The notes under the pieces were generated by a model, which worked only from the letters and a program-made list of their open reading frames with translations, was not told the DNA's origin and made no database searches. From Plasmodiophora brassicae (lineage: Eukaryota), in assembly GCA_036867785.1 (NCBI GenBank), contig CP145418.1, positions 620,001 to 684,000 on the forward strand: a stretch of 64,000 bases of DNA, given 5' to 3'. Of the stretch, positions 34,421 to 45,513 are shown piece by piece (position 1 is the first letter of the stretch; each line of letters opens with the position of its first letter). Both the position numbers and the translations under genes were made by a program.

Positions 34421-36028
34421 CTAGCGCGCACTGGCGTCGCCGTACTTTGCGAGCAGTTCGGCTTGCTTGGCAGAGACGTCCGCCTTACGAGGGGGCCCTG
34501 GCGCTGCCGGGGCGGGCGCAGTGGTGGTTGGTGCGGGAGCAGCGACGCGTTTGACGACCTCTCGACGACGTTCGTGCGGGGACCGCGATCGCCTCCGCTT
34601 GTGCTCGTTGATGGACATGGTGGCCTTGCAGCTGGCTGGTCGCGACGCGTAATCCTTGCCATGGGCGAGTGCCGATTCGCGCTCCTGTCGCCGGATGGCC
34701 TCCTCGACTTTCTTCTCCGCATGCATGCGCGAGCCGCCTTCACCGCGACGTTCACGACGACGGCTCTGGACGCTGGGTGGTCGACGATCCGTCATCAGCT
34801 TGATGGACTGGCTTCGGACTTCGGCTTGCTCTCCATCGTAGTCGACAAAGGAGACCCGATAGCGCCCGTTAGGAAGTACCTCTTCGACGACGGCGTCGTA
34901 GTACTTGCCGTCGTTGTAGTACTGGGCGCGAACCTCGGTGCCAACGGGAATACGCATCGGGTCGCTCGAATCGGCAACACCAGCCTCAGAGGCGCCGTCA
35001 TCGTCGTCGGCGTCGAACACGGGCTCGACCGTGCGATACGATCCGCTGGCCGTCAAGATCAGCTTCTTATACTCCCTGTGAACAGGAATCGGGATGCGCG
35101 GCAGGATCGTTCCAGGGTAGTTCAGGTCCAACAGGAGTCGTTTCGCGAACTCACCCAGCGTGCAGGTTGGCGCCGACGGCCCTGACGGCGAAAACTCGGT
35201 GGTGTCGTCCAGCAACGGCGCGAACCAGGCCCAGAGCTTCTTTGGCGGATGGACAAACCGCAAATACAGGAGCGCAATGCCACGCATGAACGGCGGCTTC
35301 GTATCGGAAAGCATCGCCCCCATTTGCCGGACCGTCAATTTCATTGTCAGCAGCTTGTACAATAGACAGAAGGCAGTCGACGGAAGACGGGTCTGCCCAA
35401 TCGTCAAAGCTTCCAAGTGTGTCACCTGTCGAACGGGGATATCAGTCCATCAAGTTAAACAAGACTGCGCCCATCTGAAATACCTTGTTGCGGACTTCGT
35501 TGAGAACCTCATGGAAACGGCGGTATTGGCTGTCAAACAATGTTCAGCAGATGCCACGAGCAACTGACACGGCGAAAACGCTTACAATAGGTCTTTGAAG
35601 TATTCGGAGCTGAGGATGTTGGTCGCCAGGATATTGTTGAAATTGAAATGCGCATCACACAGCATATCGACGATCGCTTTCCGATTACCGCGGACGGCCT
35701 TGGGGACTTGCTCGGCCGCCTTGGCATCGTCGACTTCTTCGTCCGTCTCCGAATCCGACTGAGCGTTCTGCGTATAATTGTAAGACGATCCGTCCGGCGT
35801 TCTGTACTCCGCGTACATGCTCATATCAAACGCGGGCCCATACTGTGCATTCATATACGCGAGCGACGGATCCCAGGCCGCCGCAGCACCCATCACCAGC
35901 GGCTGCTGCGGCACGCCCGCATCCCACCCCACCGGAGGTGGTGGAGGCGGCGGCGGCGGGTACGCCTGCTGCTGCGCTGGGTACTGTTGCTGTTGCTGTT
36001 GCCCGTACCCGTATCCGCCATACATCAT
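34421..36028 (-). CDS. PRP38: PRP38-family splicing factor (PRP38B-like) with a Tudor domain, spliced
   Basis: NNILATNILSSEYFKDL, PSTAFCLLYKLLTMKLT, PFMRGIALLYLRF..P..LWAWF. Tudor: VGTEVRAQYYNDGKYYDAVV...YRVSFVDY. Arg/Ser-rich tail. Confidence 0.9.
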
Positions 36029-36501
36029 CACCAAACGGATCCGGAACTCCGTGGCCGTCCCAAGTCCGCCACAGCCCACAGTCCACACAGCCTGTTCGAC
36101 GCGGGCCCTCGTATGCATGCGCGACGGTAGCAAACGGCATCACGAATGTCGTCCCGGCAATGGGCAACGCTGTTCGCGAATAAAATACGTCCTCCTGAAT
36201 CGTATCGCAGCGAGGCGCCGGTGTGTGCGTTCGGTCGGGCCAATCAGGGCTACTAAAGTACGGCACGTACACGTGTAAGGGGAAGTCCAGAAAAAAGTGC
36301 GTGACTGCAGGCGGGGCAGACGTTTGTGTGGCCGTGCGCGTCCCGTTGGGCCCACTCTGTGGTGTGTGTGTGTGTGGTAGAATCGGCCGCACCGCGCAAT
36401 CCCGTCGGCCGACACTTTTGTGCATCCGTTGATCGCGTGTGCGTTGCGCGGGGCGTTCCAACGAGCGGGCGCTCCTGCAGATTGGTGCGTTGCGGACGCC
36501 G

Positions 36502-37494
36502 ATGGAGTCCGCCGCCTGGGACAAAGTGCTCTCCGTTATCCGCGAAGGCCACGTGCAGGCCTGCGTCCTCAAGTACACCGACGAGGTGCAGCGCCCGTGC
36601 GAGGCCACCGTGGACATCGCCGACGGCAACGCCGTCGACAACCTGCCTAATGGCGTCCTGCTGCCCAACGGCCTGACGGTTATTCCCGATGTGGAGTCGG
36701 TGATCGCGAACCCGTACGGGCCTGTGGCCACGCTCGAGTTCCGATGCCGGACCGAACGTCGCGACCAGACGCCATCGTCCGTCACCTCGGCCCTGCTGTA
36801 CACTGAACCGGCGGACGCGCTCATCGAACCGATCGAGCTGTCGTCGCCAACGTTGAAACCGCGTCTGTCCCCCGTCGCGGCGATCGGCGTTCCCGACGAG
36901 CCGCCGCAGTTGACGTTGCTGACGGGGCCGGATCGGATGCCACCACCGATGGCGGCCGTGCAGCGTGGGACGTCGTGCCACCAGTGCAAGAACGCCAGGA
37001 CGATCGACCAGCTGGCGTTCTGCTCGAACAAGTTCGCGAAACGTACGAGCGCCGACATGCGCAAGTGCAGGAAGAAGTTCTGCCAAGGGTGCCTGGCGAA
37101 GTTCTACAACGACTCGATCGACAATGCCAAGTCCAGGAACGACTGGATCTGCCCGTCCTGCCGAGGATGCTGCCGGTGCGCCGCCTGCACCCGTAAACGA
37201 CAGAAGGCCCTGTCGGACTCGAGCGCCCTGTTCGGCGCCCACGACGTCACCGTCAGCGACATTCTCGGGGGATCCGGCGGGCGCCCCACGATGCCCGACG
37301 AACAGGTCGAGGCGCAGGGCGCCGTTGTTCGCCAGATGAAAATGGAGCCCATGCTGCCTGACAGCATCGGCAAGGTGCAGAAGCAGGCGCGAAGAGTGTC
37401 GGCGGTGCGTTCGGAACCGTATCCAACCGGGTACGATGGCAGCGACCTGCCGGCGCCGGACGGGGCTGGTGGATCGGCGGTCAGCATGCCGTAA
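36502..37494 (+). CDS. zf-4CXXC_R1 (CDCA7-type) zinc-finger protein
   Basis: GTSCHQCK...FC...CRKKFCQGCL..Y...WICPSCRGCCRCAACTRKR. Confidence 0.88.
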   Translation: MESAAWDKVLSVIREGHVQACVLKYTDEVQRPCEATVDIADGNAVDNLPNGVLLPNGLTVIPDVESVIANPYGPVATLEFRCRTERRDQTPSSVTSALLYTEPADALIEPIELSSPTLKPRLSPVAAIGVPDEPPQLTLLTGPDRMPPPMAAVQRGTSCHQCKNARTIDQLAFCSNKFAKRTSADMRKCRKKFCQGCLAKFYNDSIDNAKSRNDWICPSCRGCCRCAACTRKRQKALSDSSALFGAHDVTVSDILGGSGGRPTMPDEQVEAQGAVVRQMKMEPMLPDSIGKVQKQARRVSAVRSEPYPTGYDGSDLPAPDGAGGSAVSMP

Positions 37495-37565
37495 GCGCCG
37501 AGGAATATTCGTTCGCCAGCGCCCCTCTGTATTTAATGATACAATGGATATATATTCTATGGTTG

Positions 37566-38434
37566 TCTGCGCGCTGCTAGTATACGGCGACGCTGTCGTC
37601 GAAGTATCACCGCAATGTTCAATCACCATTTCCAAGAAGTTGTGTTCCCGCCGGCGCCCCCCCTAGCCGCTTTGGCAACCCGTTCGGCAGCAGAACCGGT
37701 ATCGCTCCTCATCGCGTCAACGGTCACGGCGGCCGTGTCCGCAATGGATCCTGCTATCCAAGGTATTAATGCAGCGATAGCTTTATTAAGAGATGACATC
37801 CATTCGGCACAGCTGCTGTATCAATTTCTCGAGTAAGTAACAGACTTGGGTTAAAACAGATACCGCAATTGTCACGAGCGAACATCGTCCCTTAAGAAGC
37901 CATCGCGCCAACTCAATACGCACCGTCAGTACCTACTGACATGCACTGTGACTGTCCTTCGACATCGACTGGCGCCTTCCTATGCTGCCGCTTGGCGCAG
38001 CCCGCACCCCCGGTGCTATGTAGCGAATGACTTGGTGACAGTGACGCTGGCGCGCACCCTATTGGCTCACACGGGTATGCCACTGGGTCCCATGTCCGAA
38101 CAATCACTGTATAATGGCAACAGTTTGCACTCTGCAGTACCTCATTTATCTGCCCTCGTCACGGGTGTCCGGCTGCCCTAGGCAAGTCTAGCGTCGCCTT
38201 ACGAGAAGCACAAATACGGCCGCGACCCAGTGTACAATGACGTTCCCTATTTGTCTAACTCGCCGCTACATCTACTGCAACAAGAAGAGGAAGTATTGTA
38301 CTAAGTAAATAAGATCCGCATGTTACCGTTGCTCGGGGGAACCTAGCCTTTCTGCGAACATCCACACGGTCTTCGGAACCGACACCGAAGGGTGATTGGG
38401 TAGAGGGCCTCCGGCCCCCTACTCAGTCACCTAG
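37566..38434 (+). mobile_element. Putative non-autonomous insertion with Helitron-like termini, flanked by a 15-bp direct repeat
   Basis: TATATTCTATGGTTG at 37551-37565 and 38435-38449. The insert begins TC and ends with a hairpin (38391-38431) plus CTAG. Its interior is visibly less GC-rich than the flanking genes. Confidence 0.6.
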
Positions 38435-38474
38435 TATATTCTATGGTTGCGATTGCAAATGGAGAACGACGACG

Positions 38475-39063
38475 TCATCGTGCCGTGCGTCGTGCGCGCT
38501 GGCCCTGGCCCTTGATCCTCTGGACAATGTCCTGCAGCATGATCGGCGGCAGCTCCTGCTGCTCATCGGCGCCTGGCGTCCTGTGCGGCTCCCGCGCCCT
38601 GGGCCTGCCTATGATTTCTGGGGCTCGTGTTAGTCGAGGCGCCGGGTCAGAACGCGCGGGGGCCCCACCTGCTTTCTTGTTGAACCTGGCACGCTCGAAC
38701 AGCACTGTGATGCTGTTCAAACGGTGCTGGCTACCGGCGACTTTGTACGCTCGGCGTTCGGCACTTCTCTGCGCCAAAGACTGACACCAAACGCCGCCGT
38801 TACGATAGTCTGATTCAGTGCAGGGTGTCGCGACGCCCGACCGTGGTGTCCTCGCCGTCATCCTCGAACTTGATGAAGAGCGACGGCAGCCAGACGCCCA
38901 GGGCGGCGTGGCCGAAGTAGACGTGGTCGGGCGACGGGACGGCGATGTTGGCGCGTGATTTCGCGATCCAGTCGACGTCACCGCGAGCGGGCCGCGTCAC
39001 CACCGGGAGTTGCACCGTATCCGGCTGACGACGAGACGAGTCGCCGCCCGGCACCTTCGTCAT
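38475..39063 (-). CDS. Small hypothetical protein, probably two exons
   Basis: Coding-like frames MTKVPGG..DHVYFGHAALGVWLPSLFIKFEDD and SLAQRSAERRAYK..., joinable by a GT-AG intron. No family recognised. Confidence 0.4.
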
Positions 39064-39155
39064 CACTGGGTGGGTACCCGATATATCGACCTTGCGAATC
39101 TCGCGTACTACATGCTGTGGGGACACTTTTATGCTTTGCTAAAGTGACTGAAACG

Positions 39156-40642
39156 TCAAATCTTCAGGGCGGACATGACGTTGGATATGGATTCGATCTC
39201 GATCGACGCCTGCCACAGCATGAAGTCGACGTCGACCAGGTCGTCCACGTCGATCTTGGCGGAGATCGCGTCGAGTTGCTTGGCCAGCGGCGGCAGCTTC
39301 CCGTTGACCAGCTCGTACTCGTCGCAGCTGGCCATCTTGGGCGACTCTGCCTGCGCCTGCAGCCGGTTGTAGATCTTCTGCAGGCCTTGCAGGTCCCTGA
39401 CCGCCTTGTCCCTCGGGTACGGCGGGCGCTTGGCGCGATTCGACTCGACTACCTTCGGGTCCGGTTTCATCATCTTCAGACGAATGATCAGCTCCTTCTG
39501 GTCTTCCAGCTGTATACGGCGACACTGTCAGCGCGGCACGAGGCAGACGCGATGCCCTGTACCTCGTTATTCTGGGCGGCCTCGATCAGCGCCTGCAGGC
39601 CTTGGACCCAGACGCTGTGGTCTGTGTGGTTCTTCGCGACGACGTCCAGCGTCTTGTCGTTGTCGTAGATGATGGAGAAGGAGGCGCGCGCCAGTTCGGG
39701 GGCGGCCTGCCTCTGGAACGTTTTCGTCTGCTGGCCGGTGATGATCTTCCTGATCCTGTGGATCTCGATCTGCGTCGACTCCTTCGACTTGTTCTTCGAC
39801 GACCAGATGATCTTCGTGTTGTCCTGCGACAGGCGGAACGGGCGGAAATGGGGGATGCCCCACTGGCCGTACTTCAGGAACGACGTGCCCTCCTTCATCA
39901 GCTTCAGCGCGTCGAACTCCTGGATCCACTCGCCTTCCTTCAGCTGCGCGGCCATGCCCTGGTCCTGTGACATGGCCCGATTGTGCTGGGGTGGCGGACG
40001 AACCGACAGATGGGACGGCGGTTGTGCAACCGGTCGCGCTTTCTTGCCTTTCTCCTCGGCACCGCCCTGTACCAGGTTCGCCTTTGTCTCATCGTCGCCG
40101 ACATCTTCGCTCCCGTCGTCGTCGTCGTCGTCGTCGTCTTCGTCATCGCTTTCAGCGTCGGGATCCTCCTTGACAGCAGGTGCCGAATTTCGTGGTAAGC
40201 CAAACGATGGTGCAGCCGCCGGTGCCGACGTAAACGTTCTCATTCGGGACGTCGGTACGTTCAGCGTTTGAGCTTGCGTCTGTTGGGGTGCCTGACTGAA
40301 AACGTCGAACGGGGATTCGGGCTGCTTGGCAAAGGGCACGGGCTGTTGAGCGGGGGCAGGTTGTTGGAAGATGTCGAATTCGCTGGACGGTGCCTGCGGC
40401 TGCGAGAAGATGTCGAACGTCGGCGGAGGGGATGGGTGAGGCGCTGCTTGTCGCGGCAGCGACGGGAACCCGAGCGCGTCGGGCGACTGTGCCGGGGATG
40501 GTTTCTGGGCGGACGAGATGCCAAGCATATCATCAAATACGTTCGGTTCCTCCTTGGCAAGCTTCGTCATGTCAATCGAACCGGACACGGTGCGCTTTCG
40601 CGTCCGGGTGGGGGAACGAGGCGCTTCCAGACGCGCATCCAT
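39156..40642 (-). CDS. PH-domain protein (PLC/Num1-Mcp5-type PH) with a disordered N-terminus bearing FDIF motifs
   Basis: MKEGTSFLKYGQWGIPHFRPFRLSQDNTKIIW...IITGQQT..F...SFSIIY...TLDVVA...WVQGLQAL. One intron near 39510-39560. Confidence 0.82.
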
Positions 40643-40803
40643 GATGGCGGCCCGATACCTTGCTATACGCAAATGGAGGCACGCGCCCACCTATGCACTT
40701 CAACTACGCGAACCTGGATTAAGAATCTGCCTCGTCCGCTATGCACGTGGTGTCGAACAATGGGTTCGTATTCAATGGCGTGCTCAATGCCGTCCCTGGT
40801 GTC

Positions 40804-43800
40804 TCACAATCGGCACTGCAGTAGTTCCTGCTTACCAATTGCAACCCTGCGATGACGACAAACAGTTCAGATCCAGCTGGGCCCTGTAGTGTGTCCTAAC
40901 CTGTGAACAGCATCTGGGCCATCCGCGATTCGCAGGCACCGTAACGCAGCCCTGCGCATCGCTGGCGTTCAGAACCGCCCTGAATGTCGTTGGTTGGTGG
41001 CTACCATAAACGAGCTAGGACGGTGTCTTGGCTGACGCCAGCAGCACCGTGCAGTTGGATAGCGCGATCGACAACATTGAGGATGGAGGTCGGGACCGTG
41101 ACCTTCACTTCCGCTAGGAGATGACGCGCGCTCTTGTTACCGTTCGCGTCCATTACGGATGCGGCGGTGAGGATGAGGGAGCGACACTGGTCGATCTCGA
41201 TTCGGCAGGACGCGATATCTTGCTGGACCGCGTCCATGGCAGAGAAGCGCTTCCCGAACGCAGATCGAACTGCCCAATGACATGGTCGGTCGGGTGTGAT
41301 TAGGCCGCAAGCCAGCTTCCAAACCTTTGGCTCGACGGCACATCAGTTCCAGGGCCCTTTCCCCAGCGCCAATAGCTCGCATACAATGATGAATACGTCC
41401 CGGACCTAACCGTGCCTGCCGACAACTCGTCATTTCAGGCCCACATGATCAAATAGCCGAGCGATAGGAAAGAGGACCTGCGAGATCTCGAAACCTTGCC
41501 CGACTCGTCCGATAAGACTGCTCAGCGGAACGCGAACGTTAACGAGGCGTATCTCAGCATGACCTGAATGCAATTGGTACATCGACTTCAACGAGCAGCA
41601 TGTAAGCGCATTACCTTCAGGAGCGTCGTCGTAGCCAAACACGGAAAGGTGCCGGACAACATGTACACCAGGAGTGTCAATTGGGACGAGAACAATCGAC
41701 TGCTGCTTCCAGCGGTCGGTGTGAAGTGGTTCAGTCTTGCCCATGACGATCAAAAGGCGACACGACGGATGCATTGCACCGGAGGTCCACCATTTGCTCC
41801 CGTTAAGCACCCAGCTGTCACCCTCCTATAAAAAGGCAGCATTCATTACCGAATGCAGAAATGGGTCTGACATCAATGGACCGCTTGCCTTTCGGATTGA
41901 GCAATGGACCTGCGTCGCATCGCTGCTGGCGACATGCGGCTCAGTCATGCCAAAGCAGGATCGAATCGATCCATTGAGAAGCGGTTCGAGCCACTGCGAT
42001 TTCTGTTCTGGCGTCCCATACAGAGCAAGGAGCTCCATGTTGCCGGTATCGGGTGCACTGCTGTTGCACGCTTCCGGTGCAAGTAGGATCGACCGTCCCA
42101 TGATTTCACATAGCGGTGCGTATTCCACGTTCGTCAGAGGCTGCGGATTTCTATCGTTCTTGATGGTAAGGAACAAGTTCCAAAGCCCGCGCTTACGAGC
42201 TTCGGCCTTGAGCGTTTCCATAACAGGAGGGACACTCCACCGGTCAGTCGACCCCTGCTGCTGTCGCTCGTACACCGCCTCGGCAGGGTAAATGACTTCA
42301 TCCATAAACTGCAGCAGCCGGGAACGAAGTTCAAAGAAGCGTGAAGAAAAACACTTACGAAACGGCTCCAGCTGCGGTGGGAGATGATCTTTCCGCTGTT
42401 CAGTAGCCAACATCGTCGTACGACGTCCAACCGCAATACCAAGGCGTGCAAGAACGGGACACAGTTCCCCGACAGTCGTCGCATGCGCGGAGGATGCATT
42501 TCCTTGGATGCTTCTCTTCAAGACACTAATCGGAAACGTCACGAAAAACCGTGTGCGAAACGTGCGAACATGATATACCCTTGACAGATAGCTGCCAACC
42601 GAAAGCATGCCAATGCCGAGCATGCGTTAAAAAGTTGCTGATCAAATGGTCTGCCCGTTAGGCGAAGATATGCATATAGCAGGTCGGACTCTGAGGGAAT
42701 GCCATACTGGGGACCCCATCGACCCTACCAGTCAAGATAAGCCGCGGTTTAACGTACAAAACCAGCCTGAAACCTGAATCGAAGGGACAAACGGGGATTT
42801 GGGCATATGGTACATGAGACACAAATAGGAAATGTCGCATATCGATGGGCCCAGTGTGCATAGCTCCCAGTCAAGGATCGCTATGATACTGTCGGGGGAT
42901 GCGAACCGTTAGACGACCTTAGTGAATATAGAGCACGAGCCCACCGATCCTCTGTAGGATGCAGAATACAGTTATCCAGCCGAAAGTCACCTGCACACGG
43001 AACGTCATGCCCCGGTACCAGGTACCACAACGGCACAGTGGAAAGCTTACCATGCACGATAGAGCACTCGGATTCATCAGAGCGCTGTGGTAATTTGTCG
43101 TTCAAGATATTGATGAGCTCGTCAACATCTGGGATTTCGCTGGTTTTAGAAGCTTGGTACTGTCAAACGAGTATATTAACGTATGCGAGTATGCGACGAC
43201 TTTCCGCATGCCAGCATACCTGACGGGTCCATGTATGAACCTGTCGGCGCATGTAACTTTAATGGCGTAAGACCTTTGTTCGCTTGACACAACACAGGAT
43301 ACACATACGTTGTTGGGTCGGGTCCGAAGTCGCTCAGCCCAGCTGCTCGATAGTCAAAGGAGTGCAGGTTGCAGAGAACTCGAAGCAGGTCGGCATATAC
43401 CGCGAATCGGGAGTCGCGCTGCAAACACAAGGAGCCGTCAATGGAATAAGGGTGCAATGCCACCGAGCAGGATGCAAACCGAGAGGGTTGGCAGGGCCGG
43501 ATCTTTGAAGATTCGACCACGGACGTATTCCATGACGAAGAATACGGACCCGATAACCGACGGGTCGGTGCATAAGTGCAACACGTTGGGAACAGGAACG
43601 TTCGACCCCTGAAGGGCTTTCATGATTCGATATTCACGTTCGACGGCATGAGCAGACTGAAGAAGTTTGCCCGGAGGCTTCCGTCGAATAACGAGTTCGG
43701 CTCCCGCTCCAGTTACCAGCAGATAGGTCGGATTGCTGAACGGATTCGGGAAGTACGTCACAAAAGGCAGCCACTCAGGACGGTGTCGCGAATCAAACCT

Positions 43801-43935
43801 CTGCCCATGCACGAACTGCGTCAAGCTCGGGGAGGACGACCTTTCCTGACTAATCACACCCTGGTCGACGAGGTATGCGACAAGTCGACCAACGTCGACG
43901 CCGAGAGCGTCCGGTACGGGACGGGTCTCCTGCAT
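40804..43935 (-). CDS. ACAD11: ACAD10/ACAD11 (IBR3-like) phosphotransferase + acyl-CoA dehydrogenase fusion, many introns
   Basis: [119 protein letters not shown]. Confidence 0.95.
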
Positions 43936-44140
43936 CAAGTCGTTATATGGAACGAGACGGACAAGGTGTTCGAATGGAACTCCGCCGCGTCCCCGTGCCC
44001 TCTTGATATCGTCGCGATGAGTCGATGACCAAACTGGCAAAACAGCAAGGCGTGTGACGTTTTCGACGAATCCCATTGAGCGCGCATACAGTAGCCGCTT
44101 GGACTTGTGTTCAATGGATATAGCAAAAGGGATGTGTCGT

Positions 44141-44212
44141 GGGCCCTTCCGCGAATCGAACGCGGGACCATCCCGACCCGAACGGGATATTATGCCACTA
44201 AACCAAAGGGCC
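44141..44212 (-). tRNA. tRNA-Pro, anticodon CGG, no intron
   Basis: The minus strand GGCCCTT TG GTTTAGTGGCATAAT A TCCCG-TTCGGGT-CGGGA TGGTC CCGCG-TTCGATT-CGCGG AAGGGCC C folds as a 72-nt cloverleaf, with a TTTT terminator ~13 nt downstream. Confidence 0.96.
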
Positions 44213-44479
44213 GCCGAGTGCGCATAGTTGTGCCGACGCGACGATCCCAGGGTGGCACCTTCATCGAGCGAAAGACGCCCCCGACGGTTATTAATGCCTA
44301 CATGCATGGACTACGTTCTGCTCCAAATTCGTAGGGCGACAAAAACTCCATGCACGTGGTTGCACACGGATCCGTTTATACAATGATATCAGACCGCGGT
44401 ACAAGCAGCGGAAAATCGCTGTTCCTGGACAGGTGCGCAGGACACATGTCTCGCTTGTCAAATAGGAGTATTGTCTGTT

Positions 44480-44938
44480 TCAGCGGCTCCACTTGCGCGA
44501 CTTGCATTCTCTACGGCCATACACCCAGCGATTGTGCTCACAGATGGCATACCCAGGACACTTCTTGCAGAACTGCTTCCGGCGTTCAGGACGGCATATT
44601 TTGGGACCGTGGCAGTCCTTGCACTTTGGGGTCATAAGCCACCGAATTCAGGCGGCCCATGGTTGCTTGCGGTCCCTGGTTGACGGCCTGGTTGCCTGCC
44701 TGGTTGCTGATTGCCTGCGCTTTATTTTGCCTTGAGCGTTGGTCATTTTCCTGAACGTTGCCCAAAGTTTGCGCTTTGGCTGGATCCGGGGTCGCACCTC
44801 CGTTTGCATGCTCCATCTTGAGCGCATAAATGACTTCCACATCCAGAGCTGAGGCTTATCTGGCATGCCATCGTTCCAGAAGAAGCATAGTACATCGTCC
44901 CTGAGCGGGTACAGGCGACGCACCAGCACATTCGTCAT
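44480..44938 (-). pseudogene. Degenerate gene with Cys/His repeats (CxxCxGxxICxHxR) and an in-frame stop
   Basis: 44635-44480 reads MTPKCKDCHGPKICRPERRKQFCKKCPGYAICEHNRWVYGRRECK. It is in frame with the ORF ending in TGA at 44650-44648, and some ligand positions are lost. Confidence 0.5.
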
Positions 44939-45040
44939 CGTTGTCGTCCAGGTGTCCAATATTAGGGCACCTCACATATCCGTCTACGGAGTCCGTGCGC
45001 AATAACCGTTCCCGTCAATCGATCAGAGTCGGCTGCAGTC

Positions 45041-45513
45041 ATGGTGAGCGTGTTGTTCGTCCCGTGCTTGGTCATGACGGACTGACTATTGTCTTTGTCG
45101 TAAAGGGTCGCGTTCGCACCAAGCTCGTTAAACGCGCTTCGCGCCACATCATCGAGAAGTACTACTCGAAGCTGACTCTTGACTTCGACATCAACAAGAA
45201 GATCGTTGATGAGGTCGCCATTGTTCCGTCGAAGCGCGTGCGCAACAAGATCGCCGGTTACACGACGCATCTGATGAAGCGTATTCAACGCGGGCCGGTC
45301 CGTGGCATTTCGCTGAAGCTTCAGGAGGAAGAGCGCGAACGCCGACTGGATTACGTGCCGGAGAAGTCTGCCATCAACACGTCGTCTATTTCGGTCAGCG
45401 AGGAAGTCAAGGAGATGCTTGAATCCATCAAGTTCGCCGACATCCCCGGTCTGAAGGTGGAGTCCCCTACTCCTGCGTACCAGGGCCGTCCGCAGCGCTC
45501 GCAGCGTGCGTAA
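45041..45513 (+). CDS. RPS17: 40S ribosomal protein S17 (eS17)
   Basis: ATG, intron 45044-45105, then [20 protein letters not shown]...[35 protein letters not shown]. Confidence 0.98.

Noticed and set aside
36361-36376. (GT)n tract in a divergent promoter
   Set aside because: Short ordinary microsatellite; no evidence of function.
35826-37635. 412-aa and 460-aa minus-strand ORFs
   Set aside because: Shadows of the zf-4CXXC gene and promoter region.
37615-37836. 73-aa ORF inside the insertion as a transposase
   Set aside because: No HUH, DDE, RT or RuvC motifs visible; at most a captured fragment.
40114-40146. (GTC)n microsatellite
   Set aside because: Encodes a poly-Asp tract in the PH protein.
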